Shown: piece by piece, positions 12,375 to 12,509 of the stretch
Position numbering within the stretch: the first letter of the stretch is position 1
Layout of the letters: every line of letters starts with the position of its first letter
Virus record (IMG/VR): IMGVR_UViG_2609460344_000006
Location: 1-12,509 of that record
From: a virus
Lineage: Duplodnaviria; Heunggongvirae; Uroviricota; Caudoviricetes
Strand: one strand, 5' to 3'
Length of the DNA: 12,509 nucleotides
Made by a program: the position numbers and the translations under genes
Notes under the pieces: generated by a model
Told to the model about the DNA's origin: nothing
Database searches by the model: none
The model's input: only the letters and a program-made list of their open reading frames with translations

Positions 12375-12509
12375 GGTATTTTCTCGTTGAAAGGTGTTGT
12401 TAAGAAAGTTGCTACGGAATGAGAGGCTCTTCGGGTTTTGTTCCGGCTGACTGACTGGCACTGATTTTCTCAGCGGCCCTTTTGTCAATCTGTCTGCGCC
12501 AGAAATCTC

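Noticed and set aside
7498-12488. N-terminal extensions given by the ORF track: 8053-8121 on the KilA-N ORF, 9424-9507 on the Bro-N ORF, 10528-10617 and 10725-10757 on the small membrane ORFs, 10195-10224 on Rz1, and 12375-12488 on the acidic protein.
   Set aside because: Each extension begins at a non-ATG or unsupported start and encodes Cys/Arg-rich or otherwise implausible sequence. In each case an internal ATG coincides with the start of the recognisable domain. Most of these ATGs have a good Shine-Dalgarno sequence; the KilA-N (8052) and acidic-protein (12374) starts have only weak ones.
12375-12509. A possible late promoter: TTGACA on the minus strand (plus-strand coordinates 12483-12488) upstream of the acidic-protein gene.
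   Set aside because: I found no acceptable -10 hexamer at 16-18 bp spacing. The Q gene and the true pR' are probably beyond the right edge of the window, so a promoter cannot be supported here.

Overview
The window is the late region of a lambdoid enterobacterial prophage. Almost everything is transcribed on the minus strand, so the gene order below runs from high to low coordinates.

- **12374-9956, lysis cassette:** a small acidic protein, then a Qin/phage-21-type lysis cassette. It holds an S21-like pinholin, a YdfR-like DUF1327 insert, a SAR endolysin, and Rz with embedded Rz1. Two tiny membrane-protein genes lie between the endolysin and Rz, which is unusual.
- **9955-7262, accessory island:** an AT-richer island dense in terminators. 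It has a structured spacer that the ORF track leaves empty, a Bro-N protein coupled to a 67-aa ORF, an 83-aa ORF, and a KilA-N protein whose C-terminus is in another frame. A 31-bp direct repeat brackets the 83-aa/KilA-N part.
- **7008-6110, packaging boundary:** a plus-strand YlcI/YnfO-like ribbon-helix-helix gene, an HNH endonuclease gene with an in-frame TAA, and a cos-like region with five GTTAAC-core repeats.
- **6109-1, head module:** terS, terL, a prohead protease and major capsid protein encoded as one ORF, a small ORF, the portal, and the start of the next head gene.

I saw no tRNA, rRNA, CRISPR array, IS element or integrase. The best candidates for something undescribed are the accessory island (two DNA-binding-domain proteins with small orphan partners), the membrane-protein pair with a possible antisense RNA inside the lysis cassette, and the mini-ORF spacer after Rz. 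All functional readings of these three are inference from sequence reading only.
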